Assembly: GCA_965178125.1 (NCBI GenBank)
Contig: OZ237758.1
Location: 682,001 to 746,000, forward strand
Length of the DNA: 64,000 nt
DNA from: Bilabrum cf. latius
Lineage: Eukaryota
Reading direction: 5' to 3'
Positions 12,599 through 24,238 of this stretch are shown here, piece by piece. The stretch's first letter is position 1, and every line of letters begins with the position of its first letter. Made by a program: the position numbers and the translations under genes. The notes beneath the pieces were generated by a model. It was not told the DNA's origin, did not search any database, and saw only the letters and a program-made list of their open reading frames with translations.

Positions 12599-13169
12599 GC
12601 GGTGCGTCGCGATGATTCGGTGGATAGATTTAATCATATCGACAAGCACTTTCAATGGTACACACAGCGCGCAATGAAGCCCACATGCAACCGAAAAACC
12701 GCGGTATGCGTTACAGTAGTAACCAAAGGCATTGACTTCTTCCCAAAAAATGCTGGCGGAGCGGAAATTGCGCCGCTTGTGGCGCGCGGCGTTACCAGTA
12801 GTCAGGAGATCTGATGCGCTCGGACCGGACCACACGCAAGGCCCTGGATCCGCGACTCCATACCGTCAGTCCTGGTCTGTAATATCAGCCACGACGCCTT
12901 CCATGCAACTTCTGCTCCAAATATTCCCGCGATACTTGGCCCTGTTCCGACTGTACTCGCTCCGAGACAGGGCACCAGGGATGGGTGGGGCCCAGGACTC
13001 ACCGCGCAGCAGCTGGCTGAACGGGGCTACGAGCAGCACATCCGATAAATAGATTACGGGTTATCTCACACTGCTTGTGCACATGCTGGCAGCAACACTT
13101 CGCACTGGTTTGTCGACGTGGGGTTGAACCCCTTCTGATGCGTCCAAGATGGACCGCAACATGGCAGCA

Positions 13170-15688
13170 TCACCGCATCTGCAGCACCTCAACGATGCGC
13201 TCCTTGCTTAGTCGCATGAATCCAGCTGTCTTAGTCACCGCGTCGAAATGCCTGACAATGAACTGGAGGAACTCGCGCTGCAGACCCTCAGCTGATGGAT
13301 GCTGATCAGCCCGAGCAAGCAACTCTGCGGCAGTGTCGATGCGCAGGTGCCTGCACACATGCCTTTGCAGCGACTCAGCTAGCCCATGCAGCATGTACTC
13401 GTGTGCAAGTGCGAATGCGTCGATGAGAGTTGCCCCTACTTGCCCGCTATCGTCCCCAGCCGTGGCGTCCCCGCAACTACTATCCGTGGCAGCAGCGCTG
13501 GCTGGACCACTGGCAGGCGACACTTTTTTCTCGCTTGGGGTTGCTGTGCTGTCTAATGCAACTGCGCCTGCATCTTGGCCAGACGGCCCGCTTGGCCAGG
13601 CGCGTATCCCAGATACTAGCCCTGTGTACAAGTAGCCCAGCACGATTCGAAAGGCAGCAGGATTCACCCCATCCACGCGCACCTCGCCGCTGCTGGACTC
13701 TGCCATACCAGAGGCAAACATGGCCTGAAATCTCTCGCTTCTGGCAGACAATACTGCCTTATGGGCGTAAAACCGTACAGCAGCCGCAGTTGAGGTACCA
13801 GCGCCACTACTAGCAGACGGCTTGGCTGCTTGGCTGTCACCAGCACGAGCGGACACGACAAACGTGACATCCGAGTGATCGCCACTTTCCAGCAAGCCGC
13901 CCATATCGGACGACAGCTGGAACATCCCCCCGCCCCATGCATGTGGCCGCTTTCCGGGCGATGCACCGACGTATGGGGCAATTGAGCCTGCAGGCGATGA
14001 CGCAGCTAGACCGGTGGCTGCAGCAGCAGCCCGTATCGGTTTTGATCCTGCTAGAGCCTCCTCGGCGCTGCCGGTTTTCGATATAACAGCACCAGCGGTA
14101 CCACCCATGGGACGGCCAGCCAGCGAAAGCCCGGGCTCGCTCTCCTCGTCTACCAGCACGAGCGTGTGCTCGTTATACGAAGCAATCTGAAGCACGCGCT
14201 GCTTCTCCAGTCCCTTGACCTTCTGAGGAACAACAGCGCGTTCCCACGTACCCAGACCCAGCTTTCCGTGGTCACAATTCCCGCACGCGAACACGTTGCC
14301 CTGGTCCGTGAGAAATGCGCTGTGGGACCAGCCACATGCCACCGAGCTGACGCCCTCCCCGTCGAGAGACGAGACCTTTGTAGGCTGCAGCCGGTTGGAG
14401 CGGGTACCAAGCCCCAGCTGGCCGTGCTCCCCACCGCCCCACACCCACACCCTGCCTTTTGAATCGACGCAGGCGCTGTGAAAGCCCCCGCACGCCACCT
14501 CGACAACCACGCAATCCTCCGGGAAGTTGCTCACATGGGTGGGCACATCCTTGTCCTCCTCATCCCCGTGCCCCAACCTCCCGAATCTGCCCTCTCCGCA
14601 CGTCCACACCATGCCCTGGTCGCTTAAAAACGCAGAGTGGAATCCACACGCCGCGATACCAATGATTCGTTCACCGCGCAGAGTCACCACCTCAGCAGGC
14701 ACTGACTGGTTCCCACCTGCCGCAGCCCCCCCGGTCCCCTGCCCCACCTGGCCGCCGCTGCTCGTCCCACTGCCGGGTGCAGCGGAGCCGTCCGTGTCCA
14801 GTTCCCCGCTTGAAGACTCGAAATCCCGACTACCTGCACCGACAATGCTTGCACCTGTGTCCGGACCGGCACCACTGGCAGTGCGGGCTCCATGATGCCG
14901 CCTCCCAGATGTCCCGCTCGTGGCTTCGTACTCGCCTGCTGTACCACCGCCCCCAAGGCCGCATACCCCGCTTTCTAGATCTCCCCACGAGAAGACTTTT
15001 CCATCCTCGGAGAGTGCCAGGGTGTGCCTGCTGCCGCACGCCACTGCAGCAATACAAACTCCGCTCAGTGCCGCAACGGCTTTCGGAATGGCGATCCCTT
15101 TGTCGTTCCCGTGGCCTAATTTTCCGAAAAGGCCACCACCAAAGGTATAAACTGTTCCTGAACGTGATAAACACGCGGTGTGATAGCTTCCGCAAGTCAC
15201 CTGCGGTAATGTGCTCGTACAAATTGTGGGATTCGTCTGGGCGATCTCAAACTGCAGATCTAGTTGTAGCCTATCGCACTGTGCAACGATCTGCCGGCAA
15301 TCTCACCTGGGCTATAGGCACATCACACAGAAATTCTACGGGGCGGGGTACGTACTTCCAGCCGGAGTCGTCGCCATGGCCCAGTCGCCCATCATCACCT
15401 CGACCACAGCTGAACACTCGGCCATCTGCAGACAAGCAGCATGAATGACCAGACCCAGCAGCCACTCCAATCATTGGAGTTGTAACCAATATGTCGAGAA
15501 GCAATGGTGAGTTCTGATCGTTCGTATCCCCGAGCTGCGACTTGAGACAGAAACAGTAAGTGCAACTGCCGATTGAGAGGGCGTGGATACGTAGCGATGA
15601 AAGATTATATGCCGGGAATGGCAACGCGATGGTAATATCTTACACCAAGCTATCCGTCACCTCCTCTTCCCCATGCATAGAGCACCAT
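13170..15688 (-). CDS. RCC1-repeat and BTB/POZ domain protein; 2 introns near the 5' end
   Basis: Exon 1 MVLYAWGRGGDG(TAG)LG. Multiple RCC1 repeats (CGRGDDGRLGHG, VACGGFHS, WGGGEHGQLGLG). BTB motifs HSDVTFVV, FYAHKAVLSARSERFQAMF, FRIVLGYLYTG. TGA 13170-13172. Confidence 0.9.
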
Positions 15689-15833
15689 CCGACGCAGAAT
15701 TGCGAAGACGATTTTGTCCGATGAATTGTTGGGTGTGGTTTCGATCGCGGCGGGACCGCCGCCGCGCTGATATTTCCGTTGCGACGAGCTCGCATCCAGC
15801 TGGGTACCCCAGCCTTGTCACAACCCCGGCAAA

Positions 15834-18800
15834 ATGCCAACAATAGGAGATCAAATAGTTGTTATACACTGCGATCTGCAGGTTGTGTTCATCGGTGGGC
15901 ACATCGGATGCGTGGATGTTGTGCAGGTCAAGACGGGAGACTTGGTGCATCGGCTCACGGGACTTGCAGACACTGTTACAGGAATAGCAACCGATGGAGA
16001 TTCTATTGTGGCTGCAGCAGACGCTGCAGGAAATGTGGCAGTGTGGAATTGTAGGTCTGGGCGCCGTATGTGGCGAGCCCTGCTCCCGTGCAGACCAGCA
16101 ATTGTCGCAATACTGCCGCAAATACCGTCCACTAGCTTTTCTGCCCGATCAGCTGCGAAGCGGTCGTCGTGGTCCGGATTTGTTGATATTTTGGTAGTTG
16201 CATCGAAGAGCAGCGTATATGGAATTGACATGAAAGTGAGAAAACTGCTGGCAAAGGGACTGCATTGCTCTTGCTCGTAAGGATCACCACCCCTATTAAA
16301 ATGTACCTCGTTAAGTGCGCAGGTTGGTGCCATAGAATGGAAGTATGGCCGTGACGCTGACGATATAGGCGCTCCAGAGTTTGTCGCACTAGACGTCACG
16401 ATTGGCAACGATACGATTGTGCTGCTTCGCGACGATTCCCAGGCAGTCGGCATTGACGCTGCTGTGAGAGGCAACATGCGATACTCTACGACGCATACAA
16501 TCTAAGTTTTAGTACAACGTAGCCAATACGATCAGTAAGACTCTCTCTCTCGCAGTGCGGACGGCTGGTGTGGCGCCTGGCCATGCCTGGCTCCGGCTCC
16601 GCGCAGGCAGGCGATGCGCAAGTCCGCTCCATGCCAGGCAATCGGGCCGTTCTATCGGACGGACTCGGGAAACTTGTACTGCTTGAGGACACGGACAGCA
16701 GAACAGCGGTGCAGTGCAAGTGGACGTCTTCTGTCCAGTCCAAGCCAGCGAGGGCCACCTTGCCCGAGGGTCCAGCAAGAGGAGGACGAAGCTTCTCGCC
16801 CGGACCGACGAGGCTCGTTCGCAGACTCCCGCGGTAGTAGCTAGGAACTGAAGCGTTGGAGGATGACCACGTGCTGGTACACCGAGACAGTTTCATGTGG
16901 ACGGTAAGCCTGGAAGACGGAGCCGTGTCATCGCTCGCGGAATCCACGGACGCGACTCTGCCCGCTCGGGAGCACTGGGTGGCAGTGGCAGCCTACGACG
17001 AGCACCACAAGAGTGGAGGTCTTGTGTCAAGGCAACTCGTTGGGCTGACGTCCAAAGGCAAGCTCCGGTTCCGAAAGCAGACGGCGCGCACGCTGTCATC
17101 TGCCGGCGAGATGGAAGTGTGCGACCCAGCGATCCCCCTCATCCCGTTCCGGACAGCCCTGACTGCCTGCAACGGGGCTGCGTGGGTCATGGCCATGCAG
17201 TCGGTGGGCGAACAGGGGTCCTGGCAGGAAGGCACGCCTTGCTTTCGCGGAGCAACCTGGTCGCCCGAGCGAGCCGGCACTGCAACTGACACGGTGTCAG
17301 CCACGCCAGCGTACGCGCTCACAGGCAAACCAGTGTCAGCCACAGCCAGCTGTTCGCGTGACGGATCTACCTTCTTTGGGTACTCGAATGGAAGTATTGC
17401 ATCGTACAGCAATCGACTTGCGTCAGCTCGCTGGGTGTCATCGGCAGAAGGAGGCGACACAACGGCTGGAGCATCCTCTGCCTCTGCCTCGACCCTAGCC
17501 TCTTCAGAGAGCAAGCTTATGCGACGATACGAAATGACGGGCCCGTTTGGATTCGTAACAGCCACGTCAGCCGTTGAGCCGAACTCAGAGGCGATCCTTG
17601 CCAGTCTAGCACCGGACGGCGCGACAGCACCAAGACTGCTTGGTAGCTCGCAGGCTGGGTTGCGGCCGGGATCGAGGCCGCAGGCTTCTCAGCAGGAAGG
17701 CAGCTTTGGCTCCTCCGGCGAGATCACTGCCATGGCTCACATTTCCTCCGAAGAAAGCAAAGTTGTTGCGGTTGACTCGACCGGTAGCATCCGATGCCTA
17801 ACGGCACTCAGTGGGATGGAAAAATGGCGCATCGACAGCGATGACTTAGCCATGGCAGTGTTTGGGGGACGGCGGGAGGGGCTGTCTGGTATGATGGCAG
17901 CAATGGCTGTCAATGCGGCGACTGCAACGGTGTATGTTAGCCTGCTAGCGGTTCCATCGACCCACCCAGTACTCGTTGCGGTTGACGCTGCCACTGGTGC
18001 CATTGATTGGAGCTTTGCAGGTGCCAGCCAGCTGGGCGGTCTGATTCGGATTGACGGCGGAATAGCCACCGATGAAGCCTCTGGATAGCTGCTGGTTTGC
18101 GGTACAACTGGAACGGATGGCTACACGTCGGTGCTGATCAGCATTGACAGTCACACGGGCAAGCTGAAACACACCGTCGATCTGCAGTTTAGTGCTTGCG
18201 CTGACACGCTGCGAGTTTCGAAACGGTACGGGCGGATCATCCTGTATGACCGCACTGACAGACGAATTGTTGCCATGCCACTAGATCTCAGCGACGGAGA
18301 CATACAGTTCATCTGGCACCTGCAGGCAAGTTTGGCTGCCGCTGACGAGAGCGCGGTTGCAAAGACGATCCGAGGTCCCAACGGTCCCAAGCGCAGCGTG
18401 ACAGCCCGTGCACTGCAGGGGTCTGCAGACGGCAAGCCAAACAACGGAGCCTCAAGCGCAAGCGCAAGTGGCGCCGGTGCCGCTGCTCCGCCTCGTCGGG
18501 CGCCCAAGCTAGCTGTCGCCAGGGGTGGATTCTCCCGCCGCTCTGGCATGCAGAGCCAGAGGTCGCTTGGGTCCACAGTGATCAGCGGGCTGGACCTGGC
18601 AGAGATCCAGGCGAGATATTAGCACTGCTCCATAGAAATCGACGACTCGCAGGGCGTGGCAGTGTGCCTACTGGGCACCACTGGTGTGATGGTGTCGATA
18701 GACGTGATTGGCGGAGCGGTCGTGGGTAGGGAGGTCATCACGGGAGACGAAGGCATCAAGGGCGCCACCCTCAGTCGAAAGAGCCAGCACGTGGGGCGAG

Positions 18801-20587
18801 ATGATGAGGACACGGGAACGGTTCCATTGCTGTCCGCAGGCAACGGAGTGGTGGCGGTGGGACAGGCCAGCAGCATCCGAGTGTTCCGCAGCCGGGATCT
18901 CGAGGAGGCGCTAGCACTGCCCGTTGAAACCGGGTGCACAATTGCGGAGATCAAGCACTTTGGCGCCGGCAATGTCTTTGATCCGTGCGGGACCAGAAAC
19001 CCGCTACTGCTGCGGCTGCAGGGCGCGCTACCACCTGGAGGAGGCGACGATCCCATCAACCTCAAGGAACTAGCCATTGCCAAGGCAAGCAGCGGACGGT
19101 CCATGTCGCAGTCGCATCGATAGCTCTCTTTTAGGCAGGTGGGCAACTACCAGACACTTGCCACGGATGGAGCCAGCGGACCTCTCCCCACGGCGGTGGG
19201 CTCCTACGGAATCGTGGTGGTGGGAGCCGCGGGTGAGATCAAGCGGATCCTCCTCCCAGAACTTCTTGGCCCCCTAAAAATAGTGACCGACAATGACGTC
19301 AACCAGCACGTCAAGTGCGGGATGCCAATTCAAGAGTTTGAACAGCAACAGGACAGCAACACTGCGCGTCAGCACTGCTGCTGCTGCTGCTGCAGTCCAA
19401 GCCCTGGTATCGTTGCGGCTGTGCAGGCCTGGCGTCCGTACGTCGGAGCTCTCTTCGCAGTGACATTACTGATCATGGAGTGGTGCCAGATGGCTGGATT
19501 GGCCATAAGTACCGCTGCAGTGTCACCCACTCTACAGTACACGTCTGTGGGCCTCCTACGAGCTACTTTCTTTGGACTGGAGACGGGAACGTTCTGGACT
19601 CCGGCAGCCATTGCGACAGCGCTCATCTGTGTCATCGTGCTACTGACGGTGTCCAAGGAGGCACTGTCGCGATGGTACACGGCCAATACCACGTCAGCAT
19701 TTGCGAACGCTGTAAGAGTCACCGCCGATGCCTTCGCCCTTGCATCCACGACGGTCCTCATCACCCCGATCGCGGGGGTGCTTGCGTCGGCTGTCGACTG
19801 CACAGAACGGGACGATGGACAGCTCCACTGGGACAGGAATCCAGAGGTGATCTGCGCAACCAACATAGAGCATCAAATCGCCGCGGGGCTGGCGCTCGTG
19901 GTGGGGCTGCTGTGGTGCGCGGCAATGCTCAGGCTTGTGCGAGTTGGAGGTCGGTTGGACAGGCTGCGGATCGCAGGCAACCCCCTGTCGTGGTCCAAAG
20001 ATGACACGCTCTCTGCAAGCAGGAACAAGCACGTGCTCGGGGTGAGAGGGGCTTCCAGGTGGCACCTCGCAGCACTCGTAGTCAAGATCGTGGGAACTGC
20101 GATGGTCACCCTGTTTGGGGCCAGGCGGCCATTGCTTGCTGCACTGGTTGTGCTGGTGCTAGACCTCGGCATGCTGGGGGTGGGTGTCAGGTTCCCGCCC
20201 TTCCCCACTCCGATCGCGAACCATTTCAGGTTCGGGTTTGACGCTGCCCTGGTGTGGATTCAGCTCGTAGGCGTGATTGCAGCCTCCTTGCGGCCGGACG
20301 GAATAGAGAGCGAGCGGGAGATATCGATGGCGCTGGACTACACACTCGGAATGCTGCCGATTCTAGGTCTGGTGCCGTTCATCGCGGGAGTCTACCTGTC
20401 CAATTCTGGCTGGCTAGACCGGTTCAGGGAAGCAGAGAAACGGGTCTCGCTCTAGCTGTCGGACGACTTGTTCTCGAGTTCGGGTGGGATCACGATGCTA
20501 GAAGGGAGCTCCAGGAGCGTCGGCGGGGGCGGAAGCAGGCACAATTTGCAGGCCTCCAGGAGGTCACTCGGAGCTCTTAGCGACTGA
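15834..20587 (+). CDS. Large WD40/PQQ-like beta-propeller protein with a C-terminal multi-pass (about 7 TM) membrane domain; at least 2 introns; start uncertain
   Basis: Propeller-like blades (VAVWNCRSGRRMW, VDAATGAIDWSF, IDSHTGKLKHTV). Track ORFs 16568, 16856, 18131, 18656 and 19139 share one frame separated only by TAG. Hydrophobic helices in 19440-20410 with a DC...P.VIC...H loop. TGA 20585-20587. Confidence 0.7.
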
Positions 20588-20735
20588 TAGAAATACAAGA
20601 TACGGGATGGAGGAATCTATATTATGCTTGCCCATATACAATCGCATGCTCTGTGGGTGTGTGTTGCACCAGCAGAAACGAAAAACAGATCTAATCTCTG
20701 TCGCATCCCAAATGATATCCCACAACAACCAAGGA

Positions 20736-23700
20736 TCAACGTTCCTGGATCACGTGCAGCCAAGGTTCCAGCTACGCCATTCCGGGAAATGGCAACTCTG
20801 CTCCAGCACCAATTTCACTACTTCCTCTCTCTCCACCGCTGGAACGGACGAGCTCCAATTTGCTTCTGTCCTGGTGCAGCCCAGCGAGGTATGGCCGGAG
20901 TGCCACCTGGAGCGCGTGCGTTCGGCCCATAGTGTGAGTCATGGTAGGCGCACCTGATCCCCCCGAGCCCCTTTTTGCAAACAATGGCACCGGAAGCACA
21001 GCCACCGTTGCTCCCATGAGCGACAGTCGGGCCAGGTACTCGTGGTCTTCCCTCCCAACACCCCACTCTTCATGGTATGGACCGGCCTCTGCCACCACAT
21101 CCGCGCTCACCATGAATCTCGAAGGCCCAAACACGTTGTCCTATACCCCAGGGCCGACACCCACTCCAATGAAACCATAGTCTGCTTTCATTGACCAAAG
21201 ATCTTCACCATATGCTGGCTACAGCAAGTGTTCGGGCAGTCCCGGCGTATCGAAATACTGAACATAGGACGAGACTACGTCAACCTTTCCAGTGTGCAAA
21301 GCACACAGCAGCAGCTCAAGCTCATTTGGCAGACCGATGTCGTCGTCATCCACGAAGAAAAGGTACTTACCCCTTGCGCGCTAGATGCCAGCGTTCCTCG
21401 AGTGACCAAGGTACCTGCCATCAGACAGTCGAAGCAGAGTCCATCCACGCGGCTCGATGAAGCTCTCCTCCAAATTGTCGAGGGCCTGCACTGCCTCATC
21501 TGACTGGCTTGAATCGTCTACTACGATCACCTCAAAATCACGGAACGTCTGTCGATCCAGAGCCTAGAGTGCCTGCCGCAATAGGTTGGGCCGCTCGTAG
21601 TGTGCCATGATCACGGAGAGCAGAGGAGGGTCCTTGCCAACTCCCCGGCACGCAGCTCTGCTGTGGCAATTTCGGTTGCTGAATTTGCAATCCCTGGAGC
21701 GGGCGCTCTCAGTCGCTGCTTCGACAGCCTTCGTAAGCGTGCTTCGGGCTGGGCTGAGCAACGGCCGCACCTCGCACACTGGCAAGGCCGACCCGTTGTC
21801 ACTCGCTACAGACCAGCTTCGTTTTGCTTGTCGCTGGCCTGTTGCAAGCCCTGACTGCGAGCGAGGCACAATACCTAGTAGCTTATCTGCAAGCGCATCT
21901 GGAAATGGCACGACGGCTACGTACTGCGCAGCCAACGTGTCCATGGTTGCAAATGCGTCATCAGGTTCTAGCGCACAAGCAGAAGCACCGTTGGGCACCA
22001 CCAGTGGCTGCCACGGACGCACCGAAGGAAGCTAGTGCAGGACAGCAACCGCGTTTACATCGATGCTTGTTCCAACTCCCTTCTCTTGGATAATCCCTTG
22101 GAAGCTGCTTGATGCGAGCTTACTTGCTCCGTCGACCCCAGCTTGGCCCCTGCCCAGCCGCAGCAGCACAGGCAGATACCCCTGCCCCTGAGCCTGTGAC
22201 ACGATCTCTGTAGCGGAACGAAGAGTTCCGTATTCATCATCTCCAGCGGAGGGCACGAAGGTAATGCGCAGTTCGGGCAATGGCAGCCTGCCTGGCGTGC
22301 TTTCCGTCATACGGAACACGGCCCGGCGACTCCCGTCCGGTAGCCCCCCGCCGAGATTGCTCTAGCTAGTTGAGACTTCCCATGATATTTCAACGCTATC
22401 CAGATGCGCATTTCGGTTATCATGCTCCTGTGTTCCCGCTGATAACATGCTTACCTCTTTTCCAAGTGCTTGTAAAAGCGCAGCAACCTGACCGGTAGTC
22501 CGCGGAACGGGCCACCTGGCATGAGCAGCCCGCGCGGCAGAGAGCAAACCATCGTGCGCTGCACCCAGCTCATGGCTAGGCAGTATGCACACTATTTTCA
22601 CGTCTAGCGATCTGGATATCGCTGGTTGCTCCTGTCTTCTTTCAGAATTTCTGTGCTCCGTGTGCTACCGCAGTCGGTCCGCTTTGCCACGCCACGCTGC
22701 AGCCATGCGTTGTGGCAGTCGCAGCAGTGCTTGAGCCAGCTACGAGTATCCATCGGAGGTGTCGCTTCCCCAGGCAAAAACATGAACCCTGCCTTTCGAC
22801 CCCACGGCAGGGCCAGGGCCAGCACCAGGGCCAGGCTTGGGCTTGGAGCCAGTGTGCTGTTTTGACGACGGTGCGTGGAGCAGACCGGCTGGTATCCTGC
22901 GTCTCCAAGACTGGAACTGGAACTATCGCGCGTGACGATGATGTCTAGCAGTGCCAAGAAAATTTCCTATGGTAACATCTTCGGGCTGCTTTGCTGTGCT
23001 GCCGCTTTGTGGCAAGCCCGCTTTGGCAGCTGTGTCGCCCCATGGCCCTCCAGCCACAGCGGATTCACGCGAGCCATCGGAAGAGGAAGGACCCAACCTT
23101 CCCTGCCCACCCACGGAACTGTGCCGTGCATCTCGAGGTGCTTGTATTGCCGGCCACAGGCGCGCGTATTCGTCACCGTCTCGCTGCACCCCGATGCGGT
23201 GCTGCTCCGCAGACCAGGCGTGGGACCCCCTGTCCGTGTACAGGACGCTATCCGAGAGAGCGAGGGAGGAGCGGGCGAGTGCTTGCTCCTGAACTGCTTC
23301 AGAGGATACGGGCTGCAACGATACGTACTGGTGCCACCACTGCGGCACCTCTGACGTTGAAATGACGGGCGGTAATTCGATCGCAATGCCCGGCAGAAGG
23401 CCTGCTTGTGCAGTGGCATGACCGAAGCCCATTCGATCGCTGAATACGATTGATTCGATGCGCGCGCCCTCAGACTTAGCCACATCACAAATTTCTTTAA
23501 TAGCGAATAAAACAGCAAGTGATCTCGAACCAGAGAGGCTCAATCCGTCTAGCTTGCTTATAGGCACGACATCAACAGCTCGATGTCTTGGATCCCCCTA
23601 CGCGGTATCAGAGACGCCAACAACGACTACGCGACGCTGTCTGGCATTTGATCTGTGACTCATGATCGCGTCTTGCGCTACAAGCTTTTGGCAACCCAGG

Positions 23701-24014
23701 TAATTATCTTCGATGCACACTACTGTGGTTGTACCAAGTACTCCGACGCTCGCGGAAAAACGGACGGCATATCTCCCAGAGGAAGCCAGCCGGAATCGAA
23801 TCTATTCGAGACACGACTTAAATGTGTTTGCTTCACCGCGGATGCAACGGATTGAGGTGGATTCCGGCTAGCGAATCCGAGCTGCAAACTGCAATGAGGC
23901 AACAGCCACGAGCAATACAAGAGCTACGATTCTACATCGCCAAGAAGAACTTTTCCAGACGCCAGTCAAGTACTAAATTAAGTTCACTTTCCGCACTCTG
24001 CGCCTCGGGGGCAT
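20736..24014 (-). CDS. Type II membrane glycosyltransferase with a C-terminal GT2 (GT-A) domain, 1092 aa with TAG=Gln
   Basis: Anchor RIVALVLLVAVASLQF. Track ORFs 22923, 22362, 22032, 21564 and 20772 are one frame joined by TAG. GT2 motifs LLSVIMAHYERP, DFEVIVVDDSS, YLGHSRNAGI(TAG 21381)RARGKYLFFVDDDD, EDHEYLARL. TGA 20736-20738. Confidence 0.8.
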
Positions 24015-24238
24015 TATTTGTGTGCATGTTGCAGTATTGTGCTGCACTGCGATGCATTCCAACGGATGCGACCAGTCGGCACCAAGCCCACCGCTTCGCG
24101 ACCCCTCCAGTAGCACAATACGCCTCGCAAGGCGCCACAGTGTCGCAGACTTTCAGGCTTAAATTTCTCTTTTACTTGCGTTCTGGCTGAGACCAGACCT
24201 TCTGAAGTAGCTTGACTAGCGGGGGCGCGCGCTCTGCA

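Noticed and set aside
7610-15652. TAG as pyrrolysine, Leu, Tyr or Glu, or as occasional programmed read-through
   Set aside because: The diagnostic conserved positions (PTEN RYQ, EGF CQC, RCC1 GQLG) all call for Gln, and dozens of TAGs per gene are incompatible with leaky read-through.
16835-19123. Tiny introns ending in TAG that would remove the stops
   Set aside because: The frame is unchanged across each TAG, motifs align without gaps in the conserved genes, and the introns I could define have clear GT donors and CAG acceptors.
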